Source: an uncultured Anaerolineaceae bacterium
Lineage (GTDB): Bacteria > Chloroflexota > Anaerolineae > Anaerolineales > UBA11579
Direction of reading: 5' to 3'
Length of the DNA: 64,000 nt
Assembly: GCA_964572455.1 (NCBI GenBank)
Contig: CAZNFL010000001.1
Span: 732-64,731 of the forward strand
The position numbers and the translations under genes are program-made. Positions 35,883 to 44,116 of this stretch are shown here, piece by piece. How positions within the stretch are numbered: the first letter of the stretch is position 1; each line of letters opens with the position of its first letter. The notes under the pieces were generated by a model, which saw only the letters and a list, made by a program, of their open reading frames with translations, had not been told where the DNA came from and did no database searches.

Positions 35883-37423
35883 TTGAGCGTTGTGGGAGCC
35901 AAGATCAAGAGTCCATTTTCTTCGAACACGATTTGCCAATCCTGGATCTGCGGAAGCTCTCCCAATGCGCGCTCGCGTCGCCCATAGACCACATAGTCCA
36001 CGCCCCATCTTTGCAAATAATCCTGGATTTCCATTGGCGACCACGATCCGGAGTAGAGCGCCACGATCTCCGCCTGCCTTTGGCTCGCATCGACGGTTTC
36101 CAAGGGATGGCCATAAATGACGCGCACGGCCGCGTAGGGAGGCAGCAACAAGCCAGTTTGCGGGGAAGCCAGAACCAAGGCGTTTTGCGGAGCGTGCGCG
36201 TCTAACCACTGAAATGCGCTCAGCTCCTCCGCGTAAACCACCAGAGTCGGGTGGTGGTTGCGGGCTGCTTGCAGGCCGCCCATCACGATGATGGCATTGG
36301 TCGGCAACGAAAGAATGATCAGGCTTATGGCAAGGTAACGCTTTTGGGACGGACGCAAGCGCGCCTGGGCTACGCCAACGGCCGCCAGGGCGGCCACGGG
36401 AATGAAGAGCCCGGTGATCAACCTGCGTTGTAAACTTATCGGCACATAAAGGATGACGATGCCGACCACCATCCAAACAGTTAGAAATCTAATCGCCTTT
36501 TCAGTCTTGAATTTAGCCCATGCCCCCCATACGGCAAACACTAAGGTCGGGCTAAAGGCGACGATCAAGTCGAACAGGGGCGGCGTAGCAATAAGATTCT
36601 GGGCGTCCCATTGGGCCAAAACCGGATGGGAGTGGATCAACAGAAAGGCATAGCTTGCATAGGGCAAACCGCCCAGGATAAGGACTAGCCCGTATGCCAG
36701 GTCCTTGCCCTGAATTTCCTTTTTGAATGTAAGCCAGGCCAGCCAGCCCCCATAGACCGCCACGGCCAAAGCCCAGCCAAAGGGATAAATTACCGAGAGC
36801 AAGGCTGCCGCTCCTCCGGTCAGGGCGAGCGAGAGCCACGACAAGCCTGCCTCAGCTTTTCGCGGGGTGAGCAGCCACACCTGCATGGCCAGGCCTAAGG
36901 CAAAATGCGGGTTGCCATAGCTACTCAAAAAAGGAATGGCTTCGGCCACCCAAAAATCGCTGGTAAAGCCGCCAAACATAATTGCCAACCAGCCCAGCCC
37001 CGAGCCGAAGAGTGTTAGACCCAGCGCAAGGACGCGCTCGCTAGGCTTGTTTAAGCAGCGCGCCAAAAGGCGGCGCAAAGCCAGTGCAAAGAGCAGCGCG
37101 CCCAACAGGCGGGCTGCATGGAAAGTTAGCAGCAACGACCAGCCCAGCCCTTTTGAAACGTGGCCCAAAAATATGTAATACAAATTGATCGCCGCCCCCT
37201 CCCCGGGTTCTGCGGTGTAAGGGAGGCGGAAGAGCCACTCACCATCAAAACCCTGGCGCATTTTAGCCAGATAGCTATAGCCATCGATTGGGTTTAACAA
37301 AAAGCCGCCAAACACAACCTCATCGTTGATCGTCAGTTGGGCAATAAGATGCGGGATTGAGATAACCAGAAGGAAGATAATGATGATGATCCACGTAATC
37401 CGTCGCTCCGTTTTCTCTTGCAT
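35879..37423 (-). CDS. large polytopic membrane protein, GT-C/ArnT-like (putative glycosyltransferase)
   Basis: About 514 aa from MQEKTERR, with 12 or more TM helices and a C-terminal soluble domain. The loop motif NPIDGYSYLAKMRQG follows TM1. The family assignment is tentative. Confidence 0.55.
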   Translation of the reverse strand: MQEKTERRITWIIIIIFLLVISIPHLIAQLTINDEVVFGGFLLNPIDGYSYLAKMRQGFDGEWLFRLPYTAEPGEGAAINLYYIFLGHVSKGLGWSLLLTFHAARLLGALLFALALRRLLARCLNKPSERVLALGLTLFGSGLGWLAIMFGGFTSDFWVAEAIPFLSSYGNPHFALGLAMQVWLLTPRKAEAGLSWLSLALTGGAAALLSVIYPFGWALAVAVYGGWLAWLTFKKEIQGKDLAYGLVLILGGLPYASYAFLLIHSHPVLAQWDAQNLIATPPLFDLIVAFSPTLVFAVWGAWAKFKTEKAIRFLTVWMVVGIVILYVPISLQRRLITGLFIPVAALAAVGVAQARLRPSQKRYLAISLIILSLPTNAIIVMGGLQAARNHHPTLVVYAEELSAFQWLDAHAPQNALVLASPQTGLLLPPYAAVRVIYGHPLETVDASQRQAEIVALYSGSWSPMEIQDYLQRWGVDYVVYGRRERALGELPQIQDWQIVFEENGLLILAPTTLK

Positions 37424-37456
37424 GCTGGCATTGTAGCAGAGGCTATAATCACGCTC

Positions 37457-38158
37457 ATGAATCAGACCTTCAAACTCTTTCGCTTGCAGCAAGTGGATAG
37501 CCAGCTCGACAAGCTGAAGGAACGGTTGGCTGAGATCGAGCATTTATTGAGCGATGACAATGTGGTCAGGGAAGCCAAGGAAGCCATGGCCGCGGCGCAG
37601 AGCGCAGTCGAAGCCGCTCGCCGGGAGCTGCAGTACTCCGAAGAGGAAGCCAAAGCCCAGCAACAAAAGTTGAAGGAAAACCAGGATTCCTTGTATGGGG
37701 GCAAAGTAAGGAACCCGAAAGAGCTGCAGGACCTGCAGCTTGAAGCCGACGTGCTTTCCCGCCATTTGCACGACACGGAAGATAAAGAACTTGGGCTGAT
37801 GGAAGCCTTGGAAGAACGGCAGGCGGCCCTGCAAAAAGCTCAAGAGAACCTGGAGGCGGTGCTGGCCCAACGCGCCGTAGAACTGCGCACGTTGGGCAGC
37901 GAACAGGGCGAATTGAAAACTGAGGAGGAGCGGCTGAGCACAGAACGCGAAACGGCAGTCTCCGGAATTGCAGATGACGCCCTAAAACTCTACGAAGAAC
38001 TGCGCAAAAGTAAAAAGGGCTTGGCCATCGCCAAGGTGACCAACAAGACCTGTTCCGCCTGCGGCGCCGAGCTGTCCGCCTCGCTGGCCGAGGCCGCCCG
38101 CTCACCCAACGCGTTGGCGCGCTGCGACTCTTGCAAGCGGATCTTGTATTCCGGCTAG
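37457..38158 (+). CDS. coiled-coil plus C4 zinc-ribbon protein (COG1579/CT398-like)
   Basis: MNQTFKLFRLQQVDSQLDKL..., a long coiled coil, then the C-terminal CSACGAEL...CDSCKRILY zinc ribbon. The ATG at 37457 is preferred. Confidence 0.75.
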   Translation: MNQTFKLFRLQQVDSQLDKLKERLAEIEHLLSDDNVVREAKEAMAAAQSAVEAARRELQYSEEEAKAQQQKLKENQDSLYGGKVRNPKELQDLQLEADVLSRHLHDTEDKELGLMEALEERQAALQKAQENLEAVLAQRAVELRTLGSEQGELKTEEERLSTERETAVSGIADDALKLYEELRKSKKGLAIAKVTNKTCSACGAELSASLAEAARSPNALARCDSCKRILYSG

Positions 38159-38472
38159 GAACGCAGCTGCTTCAGGATGCGAGCCTGCGCTTCAGAACTT
38201 TCCATATCTTGAATTGAAACTAATTTATCCCGGCCGGTTCCACCGGCTCTGATCTCGATCCTTGAACGCGGCACCCTCAAAACCTTGGCGAGAAACTCGA
38301 TCAAGGCTTCGTTGGCCTTGCCCTCCACCGGCGGCGCATTGAGGCGAATCTTGATGGTCCCGTCGGCCAGCACCGCGACGATCTCATCGCGGCGGGCGCG
38401 CGGAGTGACCCGGATCGCCAGCACGGCGCCTGGCCGCTTGCGTTTTAAGCCTTGCACTTTATGAACGGGCAA
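38155..38472 (-). CDS. DUF167 (YggU) family protein
   Basis: 105 aa. Contains VTPRARRDEI...IRLNAPPVEGKANEALIEFLAKVL. Confidence 0.8.
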   Translation of the reverse strand: MPVHKVQGLKRKRPGAVLAIRVTPRARRDEIVAVLADGTIKIRLNAPPVEGKANEALIEFLAKVLRVPRSRIEIRAGGTGRDKLVSIQDMESSEAQARILKQLRS

Positions 38473-38474
38473 GG

Positions 38475-38720
38475 CTAAAAGGCTACTAAGCCCAGGATTA
38501 AGCGGCCAACCAGTTGAATAATTAAGATAAGCACCATCGGGCTGAAGTCCAGCCCGCCAGTGTACGGCATGATCCGCTGGATGGGCGCTAGTATGGGCTC
38601 GACGATCCGATCGATGACTTCGCGCAGCGGGTGATACGGAGGAACGAAATAGGAAAGGACCACCTTGACGATGATCAGCAAGGTCAACAGAAAGATGATC
38701 AGGCTAATTACCTCAAACAT
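38475..38720 (-). CDS. yggT: YggT-family membrane protein (YlmG-like)
   Basis: 81 aa with two TM helices. It sits immediately downstream of yggS, as in ylm clusters. Confidence 0.75.
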   Translation of the reverse strand: MFEVISLIIFLLTLLIIVKVVLSYFVPPYHPLREVIDRIVEPILAPIQRIMPYTGGLDFSPMVLILIIQLVGRLILGLVAF

Positions 38721-38732
38721 AATTACTCCATT

Positions 38733-39446
38733 TCATGCTGGTCGAGGCCCTAGGATGGCGGTGCCGATGCGCACCAGGGTAGCGCCTTCCAGGATAGCTG
38801 CTTCAAAATCAGCGCTCATCCCCATGGAAAGCTGGCTCCAGTCGCCCTGGGAGAAGCGTGTTCGCAACTCATCCCGCAGGGCCCGCGTGCGCGCAAAATA
38901 AGGCCGCGCTTCTTCGGGATTGTGGGTCATAGGAGCCATGCTCATTAAGCCACGCACACGCACATGTTGCAACAGCAAGATCTTTTCGATCTCCGCGACG
39001 TTTGATTGAAAACTGCGCTCGTCTCCGGCCGGCCAGCCGTATTTGCTGGCCTCGCCGCTCACGTTGACTTCCAGCAAGATCGGCAGCTGCTTGCCAGCCT
39101 CGGCCGCGAAGCGGTCCAGGCGGGTAGCCAGTTTCAAGCCGTCCACCGCGTGCACCAGGTCGAAATGCTTGGCCACGTCCTCTGCTTTGCGGCTCTGCAC
39201 ATGGCCGATCATGTGCCAGCGCATTCCAGCCAACGCTCCCAGTTCCTTTTGTTTAGCGCGTCCTTCTTGGACGTAACTTTCGCCCAGATCGCGGAAGCCT
39301 AACTCATGTAGAGTGCGCACACTCTCCGCTGAATGCCCCTTGGTCACGACCACCAGGGTTATTTCTTCGGCGGAGTGGTTAGCCTCGTTTGCGGCAGTGG
39401 CTATGCGCAACCTTACCGCCTCGAGGTTTCTTTTCAGCTGTTCCAT
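38733..39446 (-). CDS. yggS: YggS-family pyridoxal-phosphate homeostasis protein (YlmE-like)
   Basis: The start is MEQLKRNLEAVRLRI at 39446. Contains VVTKGHS (PLP Lys), WHMIGHVQSRK and SMGMSADFEAAI. Confidence 0.85.
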   Translation of the reverse strand: MEQLKRNLEAVRLRIATAANEANHSAEEITLVVVTKGHSAESVRTLHELGFRDLGESYVQEGRAKQKELGALAGMRWHMIGHVQSRKAEDVAKHFDLVHAVDGLKLATRLDRFAAEAGKQLPILLEVNVSGEASKYGWPAGDERSFQSNVAEIEKILLLQHVRVRGLMSMAPMTHNPEEARPYFARTRALRDELRTRFSQGDWSQLSMGMSADFEAAILEGATLVRIGTAILGPRPA

Positions 39447-39448
39447 AG

Positions 39449-40231
39449 CTATTTGAGGGCCAGCAGCACCCCGAAACGCCCGGTCTTGCCCCCAGAGCCG
39501 CGGTGCGAAAACCAGTCCTGCTGGTTTTCGAAGGTGCACAGCCCCGCGTCCTCAATATGGCGCACCCCGGCTTCTTCCAGCACCCGGCGGTTAGCCGCCA
39601 CCAGGTCGAAATGGGTACTCTCCCCGTAACGTGGCAGCAAGCCACTGGACTCGCCGAAAACTGACTGCACCTCCGCCGCCACCTCCGGGCCGACCTCGTA
39701 ATTTTTCACGGAGATGGCGGGGCCGATGCCCACCAGCAGGTCCTCGGGGCGGCTGCCATAGTGTTGGCGCATCTCGTCCACCGCCTTGGCCGCCACGCGC
39801 AGCAATGCCCCGCGCCAGCCTGCATGCGCCAGGGCCAGCGCCTTCTTCACCGGGTCCACGTAGATCAGCGGCACGCAGTCCGCATAGCGCATGAACAAGG
39901 TCACATTGGGTTTATTGGTGAGGATGATATCGCCTTGCGGCGGTTTGCCCCATTCAGCCGGGCGCGGCCCACTGGCCACCAGCGCCCCGCTGCCATGCAC
40001 CAGCCAACTATCGAACAGCGAAGCGCGCGGCCGTTCCATGGCACTAAAGATGCGGTCCATATTTTGGCTGACTAAAGCCGGGTCGTCGCCCACGCTGGTG
40101 CTCACGTTCAGCTCAGCGTAGGGACCTTGGCTGACCCCACCCCGCCGGGTGACCACCGCCTGGGTTACCGGAGCCCGCGAAAGATGGTCGAACTGAAAGA
40201 TACGTAATCCGCCCGTTGAGACAAAAGGCAT
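39449..40231 (-). CDS. pgeF: peptidoglycan editing factor PgeF / YfiH (YlmD) laccase-domain protein
   Basis: 260 aa. Contains ADCVPL, HAGWRG and FSHR motifs. Confidence 0.85.
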   Translation of the reverse strand: MPFVSTGGLRIFQFDHLSRAPVTQAVVTRRGGVSQGPYAELNVSTSVGDDPALVSQNMDRIFSAMERPRASLFDSWLVHGSGALVASGPRPAEWGKPPQGDIILTNKPNVTLFMRYADCVPLIYVDPVKKALALAHAGWRGALLRVAAKAVDEMRQHYGSRPEDLLVGIGPAISVKNYEVGPEVAAEVQSVFGESSGLLPRYGESTHFDLVAANRRVLEEAGVRHIEDAGLCTFENQQDWFSHRGSGGKTGRFGVLLALK

Positions 40232-40232
40232 G

Positions 40233-41225
40233 CTAGCCCTTCTTCTTGCCGGCCAGACGGGCTTTCTTGGAAGCCACAGTTACGCGCGTCTCCGCCATGG
40301 ATTCTTCCAGGAGCGGGAATCCAAACCAGGCAGTCGTGAATCCAAACAGCGCACCAGTCATTGTGCGCAGCAGGGGCGTGCTCTCTCGATATTCCCACCA
40401 GGAGAACCCGGGAAATTGGCTCAGCAATTGGCTAAACCCATCTAAGGCGATCGGGGCGATGCCGACCAGCACCCACACCCACCACGGCAGCGGCCGCAGG
40501 CGGCGCCCGGTGGCGGCGAACAGCAGGCCGAAGCCCAGCATGGCGCCATAGATGGCAAAATCCCTTTGGCAAAAGGCGATCTTATAGCCAAGCTGTTCAT
40601 TGCCGATAAAATCACGCGCCGCCAGCAGGTTGCCCGGGTCGCTCTCGTCAATGCCGGTGGCTTCCTGGAAGGTCTTAACTCCCTCCACGTTGGCCGAAGC
40701 GCGCGGGTAAACGGCTTGCTCACCAAACAGGAACCAGGATCGGAAAGCCAATTGGTGGCAGACCGCGCCATACAATCCATAGATCGGGCGCGACACGCCT
40801 GGGTATCCGGCTTTCATCATCACCGGGGCAAGGACCGGCAGCGCCACGTAAATGAAGATGAGCAGGTTCAGAAGGGCAAGATAGTTGCGGCTCCACCAAT
40901 GGCTAAAGCGGTCACCGCTGCTTACCTGGCTGCCGCGCGCTTTGCGCTCCTGGAACTCAGGATCGGGCGCTAATTGCTCCTGGCGGTCGTGAGCCGCAGC
41001 CAGGGTGGCTTCGATCTTTTTGCGCGTGAACGGCGCGGACAGGGTGTAGGGACCCGCCTGCAGCACCGGCACGCGCTCAGCATAGGCCGCCTTGAGCTCG
41101 GGGTCATTGTCAATATCCACCAGGGCCAGGTTGTGCGGGATCTTAGCCTGCAAGGCCTTCAAATCTCGCAGCGCTTTCTTGCACAGCGAACAATCTTCCT
41201 TTGTGTACAGGGTCACGGTGATCAA
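40233..41225 (-). CDS. glutaredoxin-like domain fused to DUF2085 membrane domain
   Basis: The N-terminus ITVTLYTKEDCSLCKKALRDL...VPVL is Grx/DUF836-like. The C-terminus, with CHQLAFRS ... FCQRDFAIYG and 4-5 TM helices, resembles DUF2085. Confidence 0.65.
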   Translation of the reverse strand: MITVTLYTKEDCSLCKKALRDLKALQAKIPHNLALVDIDNDPELKAAYAERVPVLQAGPYTLSAPFTRKKIEATLAAAHDRQEQLAPDPEFQERKARGSQVSSGDRFSHWWSRNYLALLNLLIFIYVALPVLAPVMMKAGYPGVSRPIYGLYGAVCHQLAFRSWFLFGEQAVYPRASANVEGVKTFQEATGIDESDPGNLLAARDFIGNEQLGYKIAFCQRDFAIYGAMLGFGLLFAATGRRLRPLPWWVWVLVGIAPIALDGFSQLLSQFPGFSWWEYRESTPLLRTMTGALFGFTTAWFGFPLLEESMAETRVTVASKKARLAGKKKG

Positions 41226-41746
41226 GGGCGAACTCCCATTTGGGCCAGGTATTGATCCAGGATATCTGCGCTCATCTCCCCGATGTGAAACACCCGAATA
41301 ATGCCGTCTGCATCCACAAAAAATGTTGTTGGGTAGCCGCGCACGCGGTATAGCTCCTGCACGACACCGCCTGGATCCAGCAAGATAGGAAAGTTCAGGC
41401 CCAATTCTTCAACAAAGGTCCTCACTTGGTCGGCGGGTTCGTTGAAATCTACTGCCAGCACAGCGAAACCGCCGTCATTATAGCGTGCCTGGATGGCCGG
41501 CATTTCCAGCTTGCACGGGCCGCACCACGTGGCCCAGAAATTGATCAGCACGACTTGCCCGCGCAGATCGCCCAGACTGCGATGCTCCCCCTGTAAGGAT
41601 TGCAGGCTGATCTCCGGCGCCACCGCGCCGACCTCTGGCGCCGGCCCCGAAAGGAAGGCCGGCGAGCAGGCTGCCAAGGCGCCCAGCCCAAGCATGGCAA
41701 CCAAACGGACGAAGGTCTTACTAGCTGGCGACAAAAGGGAAAGCAC
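41222..41746 (-). CDS. TlpA/ResA-like thiol-disulfide oxidoreductase (lipoprotein)
   Basis: 174 aa. Lipobox LGALAAC, plus NFWATWCGPCKLEMP. Confidence 0.85.
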   Translation of the reverse strand: MLSLLSPASKTFVRLVAMLGLGALAACSPAFLSGPAPEVGAVAPEISLQSLQGEHRSLGDLRGQVVLINFWATWCGPCKLEMPAIQARYNDGGFAVLAVDFNEPADQVRTFVEELGLNFPILLDPGGVVQELYRVRGYPTTFFVDADGIIRVFHIGEMSADILDQYLAQMGVRP

Positions 41747-42632
41747 CGGCTAAGAATAAAATGACCAGGGCCAAAAGCACAAATCCCGCCCCCAGGAACC
41801 AGTAATCTACAAAGGCTTTGCCGCGGCGGCGCGCCCACCATCCCACTATCGCGCCGATGGCCAATGAGACCAGGATGCCGATCAGCAGCAGCGTGCCCAC
41901 CCGGCTCTCGTCGAAAATGTCAAAGAAGGTGCCCAGGGTACTGAGTGTCGACAAGCGCCCGGTGAGCAGCAGCAGGCCCACGAAGACCAGCACCACTCCC
42001 ATGGCCCTTTGGATAACCTTGCCCAGGGCTGGGTGCCGCCGCAGCAAATAAGTCACCCAGCCGATCTGGCTAGCTGCCAGCAGGAAAGGGATGGCCAGCC
42101 CGGCTGAATAAGCGCTCAGCAGCAACCCACCCTGCAGCGGATCGCCGCCATTAACCGCTAAGGTGAGGATCACGCCCAGAGCGGGGCCAATGCAAGGCGT
42201 CCAGCCCGCCGAGAAAAACACGCCCATCAGCGCAGAAGAAAAATAGCTGCGCTCGCGCTGCGCCCGGTTCTGCGGGCGCAGGTCGTAATCCAGGTAGGAG
42301 ATGTGGATCAGGCCGGTCAAATGCAGGCCCAAAATAATAGCAATAGCGCCGCCCACTATGGCTACGTACCCCTGGATATTGGCGAGCAAAGCGCCTAGCG
42401 CTGAAGAAATGAGACCGAGAAGGATAAAGACGAGGCTAAACCCGAGCACAAAGGCCAACCCATGGCTGAAGGCAGACCGGGTAGCGCTTTCGTCTTGTTC
42501 CCCCGCCGAGGCCACCGAGCGGCCGCCCAGGTAGCCTACGTAGGCGGGCACTAGGGCAAACACACACGGCGAGAGAAAGGAGGCTAGCCCGGCAAGGAAA
42601 GCAATACCGAAACTGGGCGCATCTAAGGGCAT
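41721..42632 (-). CDS. ccdA: CcdA/DsbD-family cytochrome c biogenesis thiol-disulfide transporter
   Basis: 303 aa, polytopic. Contains the conserved SPCVFALVPAY and WTPCIGPALG Cys-containing helices, plus an extra C-terminal TM extension. Confidence 0.85.
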   Translation of the reverse strand: MPLDAPSFGIAFLAGLASFLSPCVFALVPAYVGYLGGRSVASAGEQDESATRSAFSHGLAFVLGFSLVFILLGLISSALGALLANIQGYVAIVGGAIAIILGLHLTGLIHISYLDYDLRPQNRAQRERSYFSSALMGVFFSAGWTPCIGPALGVILTLAVNGGDPLQGGLLLSAYSAGLAIPFLLAASQIGWVTYLLRRHPALGKVIQRAMGVVLVFVGLLLLTGRLSTLSTLGTFFDIFDESRVGTLLLIGILVSLAIGAIVGWWARRRGKAFVDYWFLGAGFVLLALVILFLAGAFPFVAS

Positions 42633-42643
42633 GAAACGGCCAA

Positions 42644-43732
42644 TTAAGATTCGACGACGCGCACGCTGGTGCCGGCGATCTGGTCTTGCTTGCCGGGGTA
42701 ATAGGCCACTTCCGGCGCGCTCCAGCGAAAAATGAACCTGGCATCCTCGGGCCGCGCGTTCACGCAGCCCGCCGAGGTACGCTCGCCGAAGTTGTTGTGC
42801 CAGTAGGTGGAATGGATGGCGATTCCGCCAGCGGCGATGAAGGTCGTCCAGCCGATTCCCGAAAGGTCATAGCCAGCGCCCGAAGCGCCGCCCTCCATAT
42901 GGGTCGATATGAATTTCATGAAGATCTGCAAATAATCGCCCACCGGCGTTTGGGTATCTTCACCATAGCGGCCAGTGGAGACGCGGCAAAAATACACCTC
43001 GCGCCCGTCTTCGAAACAGGAGAGGGTCTGGCGCGCCAAATTGATCACGATCTGCTTGTTTTCAACCTCCGGGGAGATGGGCGCGGCATCTTCGGAGAAG
43101 ATGGGCTTGAACCCGGCAGCCGGCGTCCAAAAATGGTCGCCGCGGCTGCCGTGCAGTTCGCGCACGTGATATTCAACGCGCGAGTCCGTATTGCGGATTT
43201 CGTCCACCCACCACACCTGCCCATAATAGAAACGGATCGGCAGGGCGTTGTCCACCAGGTGCTTGATGCGGAATCCGATAGGCGCCGGGTTGGCTAGCTG
43301 GGCTTCCACATAAGGGATGGTCACTTCCATCCACATGCCGGGTTCCGTCCCGGTTACCGGCAGCTCCTCCAACGGGGTGTTCGGCAGGTTGCGGACCGGT
43401 TGCAGCAGCGGCGCCCAAACATATCCCTGCGGCGTCTCCACCCAGCGTTGGTTGCGATAGGGCGTGTAGCCCACCACCTCGCGCAGCCAGGGCACCACTT
43501 CATCGCCGACCAGTTGGCCGGCTTCCGGCGCCTCCGAGCTGGGGGCCGTGCGGATATTGATGAAGGTGCCCAATTCATCCACCACCCGACCCAAACGTTC
43601 GCTTTGCGGGAATTCTCCTTGCCATAGCCATTGCGCCAGCGGGCCGACCTTTGGGCGTAATGCAAAAGCGCCCAAACCAAGCCCGCTTAGTTTTATGAAA
43701 TCTCGACGTGAAAAACGGGAGTTAGTTGCCAT
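42644..43732 (-). CDS. Tat-exported L,D-transpeptidase (YkuD domain)
   Basis: It has the twin-arginine signal SRRDFIKLSGLGLGAFAL. The C-terminal catalytic block is IAIHSTYWHNNFGERTSAGCVNARPEDARFIF. Confidence 0.85.
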   Translation of the reverse strand: MATNSRFSRRDFIKLSGLGLGAFALRPKVGPLAQWLWQGEFPQSERLGRVVDELGTFINIRTAPSSEAPEAGQLVGDEVVPWLREVVGYTPYRNQRWVETPQGYVWAPLLQPVRNLPNTPLEELPVTGTEPGMWMEVTIPYVEAQLANPAPIGFRIKHLVDNALPIRFYYGQVWWVDEIRNTDSRVEYHVRELHGSRGDHFWTPAAGFKPIFSEDAAPISPEVENKQIVINLARQTLSCFEDGREVYFCRVSTGRYGEDTQTPVGDYLQIFMKFISTHMEGGASGAGYDLSGIGWTTFIAAGGIAIHSTYWHNNFGERTSAGCVNARPEDARFIFRWSAPEVAYYPGKQDQIAGTSVRVVES

Positions 43733-44116
43733 CTAAGAATCGATTGTACCTTAGCACGATGAATGCGAATTTAGTGAAAGGCAGCCTGGAACAGCGCGGC
43801 GACTGCCTTGACAACCCCTGCTCTCTTCCCACATTTTTTGATTTTGTGTCATTAATACGGTCTCACCTACGCGAGGTGGAGTAGTCTTCAGAGCTGTTTC
43901 ACGATCCTGGGGCAAGGCGCCGCGCTCAGACATTGGGGAAGGCTGGGAGCCTAGCAAGACCGTTTCGAAACGTGCACAACGCAAGAAGCAAGGCGCAGTG
44001 GGGATCAGGGTAGAGTTAAAACTCAAACTTTATGACCCGCTGCAAAACGTAGCAAACGAGGAAATGCCGGCCATGCAGCTAGCCATGGATAGCTGCCTGC
44101 CGGAGTTGCAAATTTG

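Noticed and set aside
33603-36476. 957-aa ORF in the track, which suggests a giant protein
   Set aside because: Its first roughly 200 codons are Arg/Gly/Pro-rich and overlap, out of frame, the 3' part of the upstream GT-C gene (35879..37423). A proper start, MKLPYQF at 35882, is stop-start coupled to that gene and begins the YfhO-like sequence.
43733-44116. ydaO-type (c-di-AMP) riboswitch upstream of the L,D-transpeptidase
   Set aside because: Only short, scattered resemblances to the conserved ACAGCUAACC/GGGGA..CC blocks are present. I could not build the pseudo-two-fold architecture by eye. The region is kept as an unassigned leader only.
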